DNA of 64,000 bases from Obrimoposthia wandeli. Its lineage: Eukaryota. The notes below the pieces were generated by a model. That model saw only the letters and a list, made by a program, of their open reading frames with translations. It did not search any database and had not been told where the DNA came from. The position numbers and the translations under genes were made by a program. Location: NCBI GenBank assembly GCA_977020255.1, contig CDROCS010000253.1:1798001-1862000 (forward strand), in the 5' to 3' direction. The number at the start of each line of letters is the position of its first letter. The stretch's first letter is position 1. Of the stretch, positions 10,375-20,118 are shown piece after piece.

Positions 10375-11259
10375 TTATTTAGAGAACACCACGGCTTTTT
10401 TACCGTGTAAGAAAATTCGATGTTCAATATGACAACGCACCGCACGCGACAGCGTTAAACATTCTATATCTCGGCCTTTCGCCGCTAAATCTTGTGGGTA
10501 ATAACTGTGATCAACCGTTTCAACCCCTTGGCTAATGATGGGCCCTTCATCAAGATCATCACTGACATAATGTGCGGTAGCGCCCACTAACTTGATGCCA
10601 CGGTCATAGGCTTGATAATACGGTCTAGCGCCCTTAAAACCAGGTAATAACGAATGGTGAATGTTAATGGCTTTACCGGACAGTTTTTTACACATCTCAC
10701 TCGAGAGCACTTGCATGTAACGTGCTAACACCACTAAGTCGGCTTCACAGTCTTGTATTATCTGCCAAACCTTGGCTTCTTGCGCGGGTTTCGTTGCCTT
10801 AGTGATAGGCAGATGGTAATAAGGAATGCCATGCCACTTGGCCAGCGCTTCTAAATCAGGATGATTAGAGATGATCGCCGGTATTTCTATATTCAGATCC
10901 CCCGTACGATAACGGTACAATAAGTCATTTAGACAATGATCGTGTTTTGACACCATGATCACGACTTTGGATTTATAAGGGCTCGAGGCCAGTTGCCACT
11001 GCATGTCAAATTCACTGGCGCGTTGTTCGAATTGTTGGCAAAAATCGTCTCGGTTAAAGGCGGTTGCCGTATCTGTATCGGCTCTAAACGCGATACGAAT
11101 GAAAAAACGCTGTTCGTCGGTATCATCAAACGAGTGGATTTCATTAATATAAAAGCCTTGCTCAAACAAAAAACGTGTCACTACATCCACCGTGCCTGGT
11201 TGGCTAGGGCAGCTTGCGGTGATGATATGGGTTTGTGGTGTTGGGGTGATATCAGACAT
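10375..11259 (-). CDS. purU: Formyltetrahydrofolate deformylase
   Basis: N-terminal ACT domain; MVSKHDHCL, VVLARYMQ, INIHHSLLPGFKGA, LDEGPII. Confidence 0.95.
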   Translation of the reverse strand: MSDITPTPQTHIITASCPSQPGTVDVVTRFLFEQGFYINEIHSFDDTDEQRFFIRIAFRADTDTATAFNRDDFCQQFEQRASEFDMQWQLASSPYKSKVVIMVSKHDHCLNDLLYRYRTGDLNIEIPAIISNHPDLEALAKWHGIPYYHLPITKATKPAQEAKVWQIIQDCEADLVVLARYMQVLSSEMCKKLSGKAINIHHSLLPGFKGARPYYQAYDRGIKLVGATAHYVSDDLDEGPIISQGVETVDHSYYPQDLAAKGRDIECLTLSRAVRCHIEHRIFLHGKKAVVFSK

Positions 11260-11437
11260 GGTCGATCCTTTTTTACAGTGAAAAACCGCTGAGTTTGATT
11301 AATACTCTGGGTATAAGCAAACGTGAGCGGTTTTGTTATGGTGGCTACCTATGCCTTCACGACCATTGAAATAACAAACAATGATCATGAAGGGAAGGGT
11401 GTTAGTTAAGCAAGCGTTAAGCAATACCTAAAAATAC

Positions 11438-12034
11438 TTAGACAATAGTTAAGCCGTATTCTTGGCTGCCTTGTTGTATCCATAACCACACGTAGTCAGA
11501 AAAACTACGGCGAACCACTAAATGGAACGTATGCTCATCAATACGTAAAATGTGCGCACCTGTTTTGGCGAACGTCGTGCCAACCACTTTACCAACCGGA
11601 AAGCTGTCCAGATGAAAATCATAACCGGTCGATTTTTTCATCAGCTCAATAACATGGCTACCACTGATTTCGAGCAGGGTTTGCGCGCCACTGATATCAC
11701 TGACGGCAAAATGACCTGTTAACGTCGCGCGCAGTGTTTGCTCAACCGCATATTCGCTGCCTGACGCAACAACAATCAACCATTCATCAGGGGCTAACCA
11801 CATGATTTGAGCAAGGTCGCTCTTGGCACTACTACACGGTGTGATAGGCAATGCTACGCCAAGGGCTGCTTGCACGCCCGCCAAAAAGGCGGGGTCTTGC
11901 ACGTTGCCACGTAAGTTAAGGTGGCCTAATAAGGCCGCCTCATGCAAGACAATGCCACCTGAATTCGATTGACCGATTAAACGGTCAAGCTGCGCATGGT
12001 GCAGCGGGGATTCTACTTGTACTGAATTAGACAT
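11438..12034 (-). CDS. soxG: Sarcosine oxidase gamma subunit
   Basis: WLAPDEWL, DISGAQ, VRRSFSDY. Likely start ATG 12034 (MSNSVQ) overlapping the soxA stop, rather than 12103. Confidence 0.9.
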   Translation of the reverse strand: MSNSVQVESPLHHAQLDRLIGQSNSGGIVLHEAALLGHLNLRGNVQDPAFLAGVQAALGVALPITPCSSAKSDLAQIMWLAPDEWLIVVASGSEYAVEQTLRATLTGHFAVSDISGAQTLLEISGSHVIELMKKSTGYDFHLDSFPVGKVVGTTFAKTGAHILRIDEHTFHLVVRRSFSDYVWLWIQQGSQEYGLTIV

Positions 12035-15000
12035 TTTGACGGTCTCCCTTTGGATCATAAAATACTGGGCTGCAAATTTCAGCTTCAACCGTGGTGCCAT
12101 CACTTAATGGCAAAAACACACTCTGTCCCTTGCGGTTGATACCACCTTTAACGACAGCTAACGCAAAAGAGTAACCCATACATGCACTGTAATAGCTGGA
12201 GGTCACATGACCTACCATAGTCATGGGAATACTTTGACCTTTCTCAAAGACAATTTGCGCGCCTTCAGGTAAAACAAATTTAGGATCTTTAGGTTTCAAG
12301 CCGACCATTTGTTTGCGATCATCACGTTTATTGTCATGGCGCGTCCAAGAGCGTTTGCCGATAAAGCTAAAGTCTTTTTTCTTGCCCACGACCCAATCCA
12401 TGTCTAAATCTTGTGGCGTCACCGAGCCATCGGTGTCTTGTCCGACAATGATAAAGCCTTTTTCTGCGCGTAAAATATGCATGGTTTCGGTGCCATACGG
12501 GGTGATATTAAATTCTTCACCCGCCGCCATCACCGCTTTCCACGCATGCATGCCATAGTTGGCTTGCACGTTAATTTCAAACGACAGTTCGCCCGTAAAC
12601 GAGATACGGAAAATACGTGCCTTAACCCCTGCAACCGTCGCTGCGCGCCAATCCATGTACTTGAAGCTGTCATTACTGACATCAATATCACAGATTTTCT
12701 CTAATACTTTACGTGAATTAGGGCCTGAGATGGTCATGGTTGACCAATGATCGGTCACGGTTGAGAAATACACCTCTAGCTCTGGCCACTCAGTTTGATG
12801 CCATAGCTCTAACCATTGCAATACGCCCGCCGCGCCGCCTGTGGTGGTGGTCATGATAAAACGATTGTCATCAAGACAAACCGTAACACCATCATCAAAG
12901 ACCATACCGTCTTCTTTACACATCACCCCGTAGCGACATTTGCCAACACCTAATTTGCTCCATGGGTTGGTATAAACACGGTTTAAAAATTCTCGTGCAT
13001 CTTTACCTTGGATATCAATTTTACCTAAGGTGGAGGCATCTAAAATACCGACACTGTTACGCGTGGCCAAACACTCACGTTCAAGTGACTGTTGCATGGT
13101 TTCACCCGGCTGTGGGAAATACCAAGGACGTTTCCATTGACCCACATCTTCAAACTCAGCGCCATTATCAAGGTGCCATTTGTGCATAGCACTAAAACGG
13201 GCGGGATCAAATAAGTGCTTCACATCAGCACCCGCTAAGGCACCAAAGGTTGTTGGTGTGTACATAGGACGGAAGATAGTCGTGCCCGTTTCAGGAATGG
13301 TTTTACCTAACGATTTAGCCGTGATAGCCATACCGTTGATATTACCTAGCTTACCTTGATCGGTACCAAAACCTAACGCAGTGTAACGCTTCACATGCTC
13401 GATAGACTCAAAACCTTCACGGTTTGCCAGCTCAATACCGGCAGCGGTGACATCGTTTTGATAATCGACAAATTGCTTCGGTGCTCTGCTGGTTCTTTTA
13501 CTGTGGGGCACGTGGAATAATGCCATTGAGGCATCTTCTTTTGGATCGTTAGTTTTAGGTAAGGTACCGCTATAACGTCCTTCACCTTTACCAGCCGCTT
13601 TAGCCGCGATAGCGCCGGTCGTGAAACCATTGCTTATCACTTTTGATAAGGCGTAAACGCCTTCAAGGCCGCCACAACTGTGTTGGTTTTGCACCGTATC
13701 ACCGGGGACAAATCCAGCCACGTCTTCGTTCCAGACCGGACGAGAGCCGGTGTGTGATGACAAATGTATCACCGGGCTCCAACCGCCAGAGCTGGCAACG
13801 GTGTCACAAGTGAAATGTTTTGCCGTGCCGGTAACGGTATGATTAGCCGCATTGATGGGGGCAATATCAACCCCTTTCACACGTTTGCTGCCTTTGACTT
13901 CGATAACGCCATGACCAAAGATGACCGTAATGCCCAGTTGTTTAGCTTTCGTGACCAAGTCGCCAGTTGAATTGGCTCGCGTATCAACGATTGCGACGAC
14001 ATTGCGACCCGCTTGATGCCAATCAATTGCTGTTTTGTAGGCATTGTCATTGGTGGTCATTAACACCAATTGCTTGCCAGGGACCACATCATAACGATTA
14101 ATGTAAGTGGACACGGCATTGGCTAACATACAGCCAGGTACATCATTATTACCGTAAACAAGCGGACGCTCATGGGCACCGGTGGCTAAAATGACCTGTT
14201 TTGCACGCACTTTATGCACACGCTGACGCGTGCTTTGTAATTGATGCTCACCTAAATGGTCGGTGCGACGCTCGTTAATACCGACCAAATTATGATCGTA
14301 ATAACCAAAGACTGTGCTGCGTGGTAACAACATAACGTTGTCCATGTCGCTAAGCTGCGCCACGGTTTTTTCAACCCACTGACTCGCTGCTTGACCGTCT
14401 ATTTGCTGGGTAGAGCATAATAAACTGCCACCAAATTCATTTTGTTCATCACTAATGATCACACGTGCGCCGGTTTGTGCGGCGGATAATGCCGCTGCTA
14501 AACCAGCGGGTCCCGCGCCAACAATCATCACATCACAATGGTGGTGCATTTTGTCATAGCTGTCGGGATCGTTTTGCTGTGGGCTTGCCCCTAAGCCAGC
14601 GCCTTTGCGTATTAAATGCTCATAAGACATCCATAACGACTGTGGAAACATAAAGGTTTTATAATAAAACCCCGGTGGCATCATAGCGCCACCGAGCTTG
14701 CCAACCGTTGACATTAAATCAAAGTCAACATTGGGCCAGCCGTTGGTCGAGCTCGCGGTCAAGCCTTGATAAAGGTCAGTTTGCGTAGCGCGTGGGTTGG
14801 GAATAGTGGTGGCTTGTGTTGAGCCAATTTGAAAAATAGCATTGGGCTCTTGCGAGTCACTGGTAATAATACCGCGCGGACGCGAGTATTTAAAACTACG
14901 CCCGACCACATCAACACCGTTGGCCAGCAAGGCTGATGCGACGGTATCGCCTTCAAATCCTTGAAACTCTTTACCGTTAAAAGTAAAGGTTAAGGTGCGG

Positions 15001-15050
15001 TTGCGATTAATGCGTTTGCTGCTTGCAGCGATTCGATTAACTTGGCTCAT
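12027..15050 (-). CDS. soxA: Sarcosine oxidase alpha subunit
   Basis: GDTVASALLANG, VGRSFKYSRPRG, GAGPAG dinucleotide fold, KRYTALGFGTDQGK, C-terminal GcvT-like domain. Confidence 0.95.
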   Translation of the reverse strand: MSQVNRIAASSKRINRNRTLTFTFNGKEFQGFEGDTVASALLANGVDVVGRSFKYSRPRGIITSDSQEPNAIFQIGSTQATTIPNPRATQTDLYQGLTASSTNGWPNVDFDLMSTVGKLGGAMMPPGFYYKTFMFPQSLWMSYEHLIRKGAGLGASPQQNDPDSYDKMHHHCDVMIVGAGPAGLAAALSAAQTGARVIISDEQNEFGGSLLCSTQQIDGQAASQWVEKTVAQLSDMDNVMLLPRSTVFGYYDHNLVGINERRTDHLGEHQLQSTRQRVHKVRAKQVILATGAHERPLVYGNNDVPGCMLANAVSTYINRYDVVPGKQLVLMTTNDNAYKTAIDWHQAGRNVVAIVDTRANSTGDLVTKAKQLGITVIFGHGVIEVKGSKRVKGVDIAPINAANHTVTGTAKHFTCDTVASSGGWSPVIHLSSHTGSRPVWNEDVAGFVPGDTVQNQHSCGGLEGVYALSKVISNGFTTGAIAAKAAGKGEGRYSGTLPKTNDPKEDASMALFHVPHSKRTSRAPKQFVDYQNDVTAAGIELANREGFESIEHVKRYTALGFGTDQGKLGNINGMAITAKSLGKTIPETGTTIFRPMYTPTTFGALAGADVKHLFDPARFSAMHKWHLDNGAEFEDVGQWKRPWYFPQPGETMQQSLERECLATRNSVGILDASTLGKIDIQGKDAREFLNRVYTNPWSKLGVGKCRYGVMCKEDGMVFDDGVTVCLDDNRFIMTTTTGGAAGVLQWLELWHQTEWPELEVYFSTVTDHWSTMTISGPNSRKVLEKICDIDVSNDSFKYMDWRAATVAGVKARIFRISFTGELSFEINVQANYGMHAWKAVMAAGEEFNITPYGTETMHILRAEKGFIIVGQDTDGSVTPQDLDMDWVVGKKKDFSFIGKRSWTRHDNKRDDRKQMVGLKPKDPKFVLPEGAQIVFEKGQSIPMTMVGHVTSSYYSACMGYSFALAVVKGGINRKGQSVFLPLSDGTTVEAEICSPVFYDPKGDRQNV

Positions 15051-15346
15051 GATTGGCCCTCTTCACTAGCGGTGACGCTGGGTTGTTGACCCATTTTGTA
15101 AGTTTCCATGATTTCATAGGTCACGGTGTTTCGGGTCGCGTTAAAATACTTGCGACAACCGGCGGCGTGTAACCACATCTCGTGATGTAACCCGCGCGGG
15201 TTTTTACGGAAAAATAAGTAACGCGCCCATTGCTCATCACTAATTTCTTCGGGTTGTAGTGGGCGCACGATATGAGCTTGTCCAGCAGGACTAAACTCTT
15301 CTTCTTCGCGCAGCTCTTCACAATAAGGACAGTGGATAAGTAACAT
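15047..15346 (-). CDS. soxD: Sarcosine oxidase delta subunit
   Basis: CPYC...WLHAAGCRKYF zinc site; between soxB and soxA. Confidence 0.95.
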   Translation of the reverse strand: MLLIHCPYCEELREEEEFSPAGQAHIVRPLQPEEISDEQWARYLFFRKNPRGLHHEMWLHAAGCRKYFNATRNTVTYEIMETYKMGQQPSVTASEEGQS

Positions 15347-15358
15347 AATAAATTCCTC

Positions 15359-16609
15359 TTAGTGCGCAACACCGGCAGCGCCGTGTTCGTCAATTAATTC
15401 GCCTGATGAAAAGCGGTCGATGCTAAAGGGTTTGGCTAACGGGTGTGGCTCATCGTGAGCGATAGTATGGGCAAACACATGCCCAGCACCTGGTGTGGCT
15501 TTAAAACCACCGGTGCCCCAACCGCAGTTAAAATACAGTCCTTTGATGTGTGTTTTTGAAATAATAGGACACGCATCTGGGCAGGTATCAACCACGCCGC
15601 CCCAGGCGCGATTAAGGCGCACACGACTAAAAATGGGGAACATTTCGATAATGGCGGCAATGGTATGCTCAACCACATTAAATGAGCCACGCTGACCATA
15701 ACCGGTATAACCATCAATACCCGCACCGATGACCAAGTCACCTTTATCGGATTGACTGACGTAACCGTGTACATGGTTTGACATCACAACGGTATCTAAA
15801 ATAGGTTTTAACGGCTCAGACACCATCGCTTGTAACGGATGGGATTCGAGCGGTAATTCCATACCGACCATTTTGGCGATAACGGTTGAGTTACCAGCGG
15901 CGACACACGCGACTTTATTGGCGGAGATAAAACCACGGTTGGTTTCAACGCCTTCTACTGCGCCGTCTTTACGACGAATACCAGTGACTTCAGTTTGTTG
16001 TAATAAATCCACGCCTAAGGCTTCAGCAGCGCGGGCAAAACCCCACGCGACAGCGTCGTGACGAGCGGTGCCAGCACGGGCTTGCCATGATGCGCCCATG
16101 ACGGGGTAACGTGCACCGGTAGAGCAATCTAAAATAGGCACCATTTCTTGTACTTGTGCCGTGGTCAGTACTTCACCATCAATACCGTTAAGACGGTTCG
16201 CATTGACGCGGCGTTCAATATCACGCATATCTTGTAGTGAATGACCTAAGTTTAAAACACCGCGTTGACTAAACATCAAGTTGTAGTTTAGCTCTTGTGC
16301 CAAGCCTTCCCACAGTTTTAAGGAATGCTCATACAAGTGTGAGGCTTCATCCCATAAATAGTTTGAACGCACTATCGTGGTATTACGCGCGGTATTACCA
16401 CCGCCTAAATAGCCTTTCTCAACCACGGCAATATTAGTGATGCCGTGTTCTTTAGCTAAATAATAAGCGGTTGCCAGACCATGCCCACCGCCGCCTATGA
16501 TGACTACGTCATAATGTTTTTTTGGGATCGGATTACTCCAAACCCGTTGCCAGTTCTCGTGATAAGTTAACGAGTGCTTTAACAAGCCAAATCCTGAATA
16601 TTGTTGCAT
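15359..16609 (-). CDS. soxB: Sarcosine oxidase beta subunit
   Basis: [30 protein letters not shown]-terminus. Confidence 0.95.
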   Translation of the reverse strand: MQQYSGFGLLKHSLTYHENWQRVWSNPIPKKHYDVVIIGGGGHGLATAYYLAKEHGITNIAVVEKGYLGGGNTARNTTIVRSNYLWDEASHLYEHSLKLWEGLAQELNYNLMFSQRGVLNLGHSLQDMRDIERRVNANRLNGIDGEVLTTAQVQEMVPILDCSTGARYPVMGASWQARAGTARHDAVAWGFARAAEALGVDLLQQTEVTGIRRKDGAVEGVETNRGFISANKVACVAAGNSTVIAKMVGMELPLESHPLQAMVSEPLKPILDTVVMSNHVHGYVSQSDKGDLVIGAGIDGYTGYGQRGSFNVVEHTIAAIIEMFPIFSRVRLNRAWGGVVDTCPDACPIISKTHIKGLYFNCGWGTGGFKATPGAGHVFAHTIAHDEPHPLAKPFSIDRFSSGELIDEHGAAGVAH

Positions 16610-16694
16610 GGTCTACCCTTTTTTCTCAATGGTATAATTGGACGAACAAGGTGACCTAACTTAAGTTAACTAAGCTAGGTCGACAGTGTATTAC

Positions 16695-17948
16695 TTAACG
16701 ATACACTGGGTTTTTATCACACAAGCCCAATACTTTATTACGTACATCGGTAATGGTTTTTTCATTAGTAATGTCATCTAAGACATCACAAATCCAGTCG
16801 GTTAACTGAGCAACGTCCTCAAGACCAAAACCACGACTGGTGATAGCGGGAGTACCAATGCGTAGGCCACTGGTGACAAACGGCGATTGTGGGTCGTTCG
16901 GCACAGAGTTTTTGTTGACGGTAATATTGGCACGACCTAACGCGGCATCGGCGTCTTTACCGGTAATGCCTTTATCGATTAAATCAAGTAAAAACAGATG
17001 GTTATCTGTACCACCCGACACCACCTTATAACCACGTTGTTGGAATACTCGGGCCATTTCACGGGCGTTGTCGATAACTTGTTGCTGGTATTCAACAAAG
17101 CCTTCAGATAAGGCTTCTTTGAAACAAATCGCTTTGGCCGCGATAACATGCATTAACGGTCCACCTTGACCGGCAGGGAAAACGGCTGAGTTTAATTTCT
17201 TAGCCAGTTCGTCATTTTTCTTAGCGATAATCAAACCGCCACGTGGGCCACGTAATGTTTTATGGGTAGTGGTAGTCACCACATCAGCAATTGGTACCGG
17301 GTTAGGGTATAAGCCAGCAGCGACCAAACCCGCAACGTGCGCCATATCGACAAATAACCACGCGCCAATGCTATCAGCAATGTCACGAAAACGTTGCCAG
17401 TCAACCACACGAGAATAGGCGGAGAAACCAGCAATAATCATTTTCGGTTGGTGCTCTTGGGCCAAACGCTCTACTTGCTCGTAGTCAATCTCACCGGTTT
17501 CTTCATGTAGACCGTATTGTACCGCGTTATAAATCTTACCGGAGAAGCTTACTTTGGAGCCATGGGTTAAATGACCGCCATGGGCTAAGCTCATGCCGAG
17601 CACGGTTTCACCGGGCTTTAACAAGGCCATAAAGACAGCGGCATTGGCTTGAGAGCCAGAATGGGGTTGTACATTGGCGTAATCGGCACCGAATAATGTT
17701 TTGGCACGATCAATAGCGAGTTGCTCAATCACATCGACGTGTTCACAGCCGCCGTAATAACGCTTACCGGGATAACCTTCTGCATATTTGTTGGTCAGTT
17801 GAGTCCCTTGAGCTTGCATAACACGGGCACTGGCATAGTTTTCAGATGCTATCAACTCAACGTGATCTTGTTGACGCTTATCTTCTTGCTGAATTGCTTG
17901 CCAAATGCTGTCATCGAAGCCTGCTATTTGATCATTTTTATAAAACAT
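16695..17948 (-). CDS. glyA: Serine hydroxymethyltransferase
   Basis: [34 protein letters not shown] (PLP lysine). Confidence 0.97.
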   Translation of the reverse strand: MFYKNDQIAGFDDSIWQAIQQEDKRQQDHVELIASENYASARVMQAQGTQLTNKYAEGYPGKRYYGGCEHVDVIEQLAIDRAKTLFGADYANVQPHSGSQANAAVFMALLKPGETVLGMSLAHGGHLTHGSKVSFSGKIYNAVQYGLHEETGEIDYEQVERLAQEHQPKMIIAGFSAYSRVVDWQRFRDIADSIGAWLFVDMAHVAGLVAAGLYPNPVPIADVVTTTTHKTLRGPRGGLIIAKKNDELAKKLNSAVFPAGQGGPLMHVIAAKAICFKEALSEGFVEYQQQVIDNAREMARVFQQRGYKVVSGGTDNHLFLLDLIDKGITGKDADAALGRANITVNKNSVPNDPQSPFVTSGLRIGTPAITSRGFGLEDVAQLTDWICDVLDDITNEKTITDVRNKVLGLCDKNPVYR

Positions 17949-17999
17949 TTTCTTTCTCCGCGGCTGAACATGCCATTTTGTATTTTAGGTTTATTTTAA

Positions 18000-18023
18000 T
18001 ACTCGCTTGAACACAAACGAGTA
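18000..18023. promoter_or_regulatory. Inverted repeat upstream of glyA (operator candidate)
   Basis: TACTCGCTTG-AACA-CAAACGAGTA, 1 mismatch. Confidence 0.35.
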
Positions 18024-18094
18024 ATTACTTCATTAATGCCACTACTACATTGAATTACGAATTCTATGTAGTAGTGACGTAATTAATTATGCTA

Positions 18095-19603
18095 CTAAGC
18101 TTTTCTGGCGGACATAGTCGCACCTTTCCTTACTTCCATAGTCTTATTTTCAGACATTTCCTCTTCTTCCTGTTTATATCGTGCTAATTCAGCAGCAGAC
18201 ATTTTTGGTGAAAAGAGTCCAAGTGCCGCATAGGTCAAGCCAATTAATGGCGATAACCAACAGGCAAATGCTAACGGAATATAAAGTAGATTTTCAATAT
18301 TCCCCTCAGCAATTCCTAAACCTAATGCGGTAATAACAAAAGCACCACCAGCATTCCATGGTATTAAAGGAGAGATCAAGGTGCCACCTTCTTCAACAGC
18401 ACGTGATAAGTTCAGTTTTGAGTAACCTTTATCAACATAAGCGGGTGCAAACATTCGACCCGGTAACGCAATAGAAAGGTAAGGGTCGCCAGCAACAAGA
18501 TTGGTTGCTATTGCAGCACCCGTAGCTGAAGCTTGTAAGCCAAAAAATGATTTAACACGGCTAAGTATTGCCGTAATAATAGTTTCTAAACATTTAGTAC
18601 GCTCAAGTACACCGCCAAAGCCTAACGCAATGACAACTAACGTAATAACCCAAGTCATTGATTGAACACCACCGCGATTTAGCAAGCCATCAATTTCAGA
18701 AACGCCAGTTTCTATCTTGTATCCTGATTGCATAAAATTAAATATTTCATGCACTGAAGCGCCCTGAACAAATATAGCGAGTAACGCACCAGCAAATACA
18801 CCAGCGAACAACGAAGGTAGAGCCGGCATTTTTTTAAGGGCAAGCGCAATGACTAGTAAGGGTGGTAATAATACGTAAAAAGAAAGGTTAAAATTGCTTT
18901 CTAGACCATTAGTAATAGCTTCTATTTTAGAGAAGTCGACTTCATTCGAACCAATTAGATTAAATCCGACAAATATATAGATGACCAAAGCAATAAGCAT
19001 TGCAGGTACTGTTGTTGGTAACATATTACGAATATGGTCGAATAAATTGACGCCCGTTACGGCAGGTGCCAAATTGGTAGTATCAGAGAGTGGTGATATT
19101 TTATCACCAAAGAAAGCGCCGGAAACTACAGCCCCTGCAGTCCAGTACATTGGGACATCAAACCCAGAACCAATACCCATCAAGGCAAGGCCTACGGTAC
19201 CTGTTGTACCCCAAGATGTTCCTAAAGATACAGATACTACGGCACATAACACCATGGCTGCAGCCAAAAATATTTCTGGATTCAATACTTTTAATCCGTA
19301 GTATATGAGCGCTGGTACAGTACCAGAAGCAATCCAGACGCCGACGATCATACCAACGGTCATTAGAATAGCAATTGATGGAAGCCCGACACGAATAACG
19401 TGCATCACTCCTTTTTCCATATCATCCCAGCGATAACCACGAAACCATCCCAAAGTGGCTGTAATCGCGATCCCAATAGCGAGAGGAATATGAGGCGTAA
19501 AGTCGCCGTAATAGAATAATTGAATGCCTAGAATTGTCAGTGTTAATATTATTGGCAGTACAGCCAGAAATAAACTGGGTTTTATTATATTATTTTCAGT
19601 CAT
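18095..19603 (-). CDS. NhaC-family transporter
   Basis: Polytopic membrane protein; GTSWGTTGT, SGAFFGDKISPLSDTTNLA, LIPWN. Confidence 0.88.
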   Translation of the reverse strand: MTENNIIKPSLFLAVLPIILTLTILGIQLFYYGDFTPHIPLAIGIAITATLGWFRGYRWDDMEKGVMHVIRVGLPSIAILMTVGMIVGVWIASGTVPALIYYGLKVLNPEIFLAAAMVLCAVVSVSLGTSWGTTGTVGLALMGIGSGFDVPMYWTAGAVVSGAFFGDKISPLSDTTNLAPAVTGVNLFDHIRNMLPTTVPAMLIALVIYIFVGFNLIGSNEVDFSKIEAITNGLESNFNLSFYVLLPPLLVIALALKKMPALPSLFAGVFAGALLAIFVQGASVHEIFNFMQSGYKIETGVSEIDGLLNRGGVQSMTWVITLVVIALGFGGVLERTKCLETIITAILSRVKSFFGLQASATGAAIATNLVAGDPYLSIALPGRMFAPAYVDKGYSKLNLSRAVEEGGTLISPLIPWNAGGAFVITALGLGIAEGNIENLLYIPLAFACWLSPLIGLTYAALGLFSPKMSAAELARYKQEEEEMSENKTMEVRKGATMSARKA

Positions 19604-19691
19604 TTTTTACTCCTGTTGAGTTATCAGGTAATGAGCGAGACTTTAAAATTATGTTCTCTCTTTCTCATTCCCTGAATTACATTAAAGGGTA

Positions 19692-19732
19692 GATGTAAAC
19701 TCAGAATAAATAACATGTAAAAAGATGTAAAC
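19692..19732. promoter_or_regulatory. 41-bp direct-repeat box upstream of the NhaC-family gene
   Basis: GATGTAAACTCAGAATAAATAACATGTAAAAGATGTAAACG; near-identical reverse-complement copy at 24112-24153. Confidence 0.75.
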
Positions 19733-19780
19733 GAGCGATTAAGTGGAAAAGGTATATAAAGAACATGCCGATTCAGGTCG

Positions 19781-20059
19781 GCATTTATACAGTCAATGAC
19801 AAATAGATAGGAGAAAGTCCTGGTATGATTCTTTTTGTCGAGGCAAGCATTGACCTACGTAATAAAGCAGTTTAGCTTTTGTAGGTTGTACGAGCGTAGC
19901 GAGGCTTGACAATTTACCTTGGAAGGATATGAGTACAACGATCACTATAGGACTTTCAGTCCGCAAAAGAACCTACCGTCTTTAAGCGGTATGTAGTTCA
20001 GTTAGGTTATTTTATTAATATCTAGCCGTTACTATTCAATGTGGAGCGGGTATAAATGC
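19781..20059. mobile_element. Second, more degenerate MITE-like element
   Basis: Bounded by 10-bp IR GCATTTATAC/GTATAAATGC. Right end GTGGAGCGGGTATA is identical to the end of 9891-10203; internal AGGCAAG(G)CATTGA motif also shared. Confidence 0.55.
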
Positions 20060-20118
20060 ATTTCTCTTGCTAACTGGTATAGGTTTTCGTTTACTTTGAA
20101 TCATTGACTTTGAATAAT

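Noticed and set aside
11281-11335. Long hairpin between soxG and purU as a possible riboswitch
   Set aside because: A single stem (AAAACCGCT...AGCGGTTTT) with no glycine, THF or ZTP aptamer features recognised; more likely a stability or attenuation hairpin.
17959-17975. Possible sigma54 promoter TGGCATG upstream of glyA
   Set aside because: The -12 GC is out of register, lacks TT, and is too close to the start codon.
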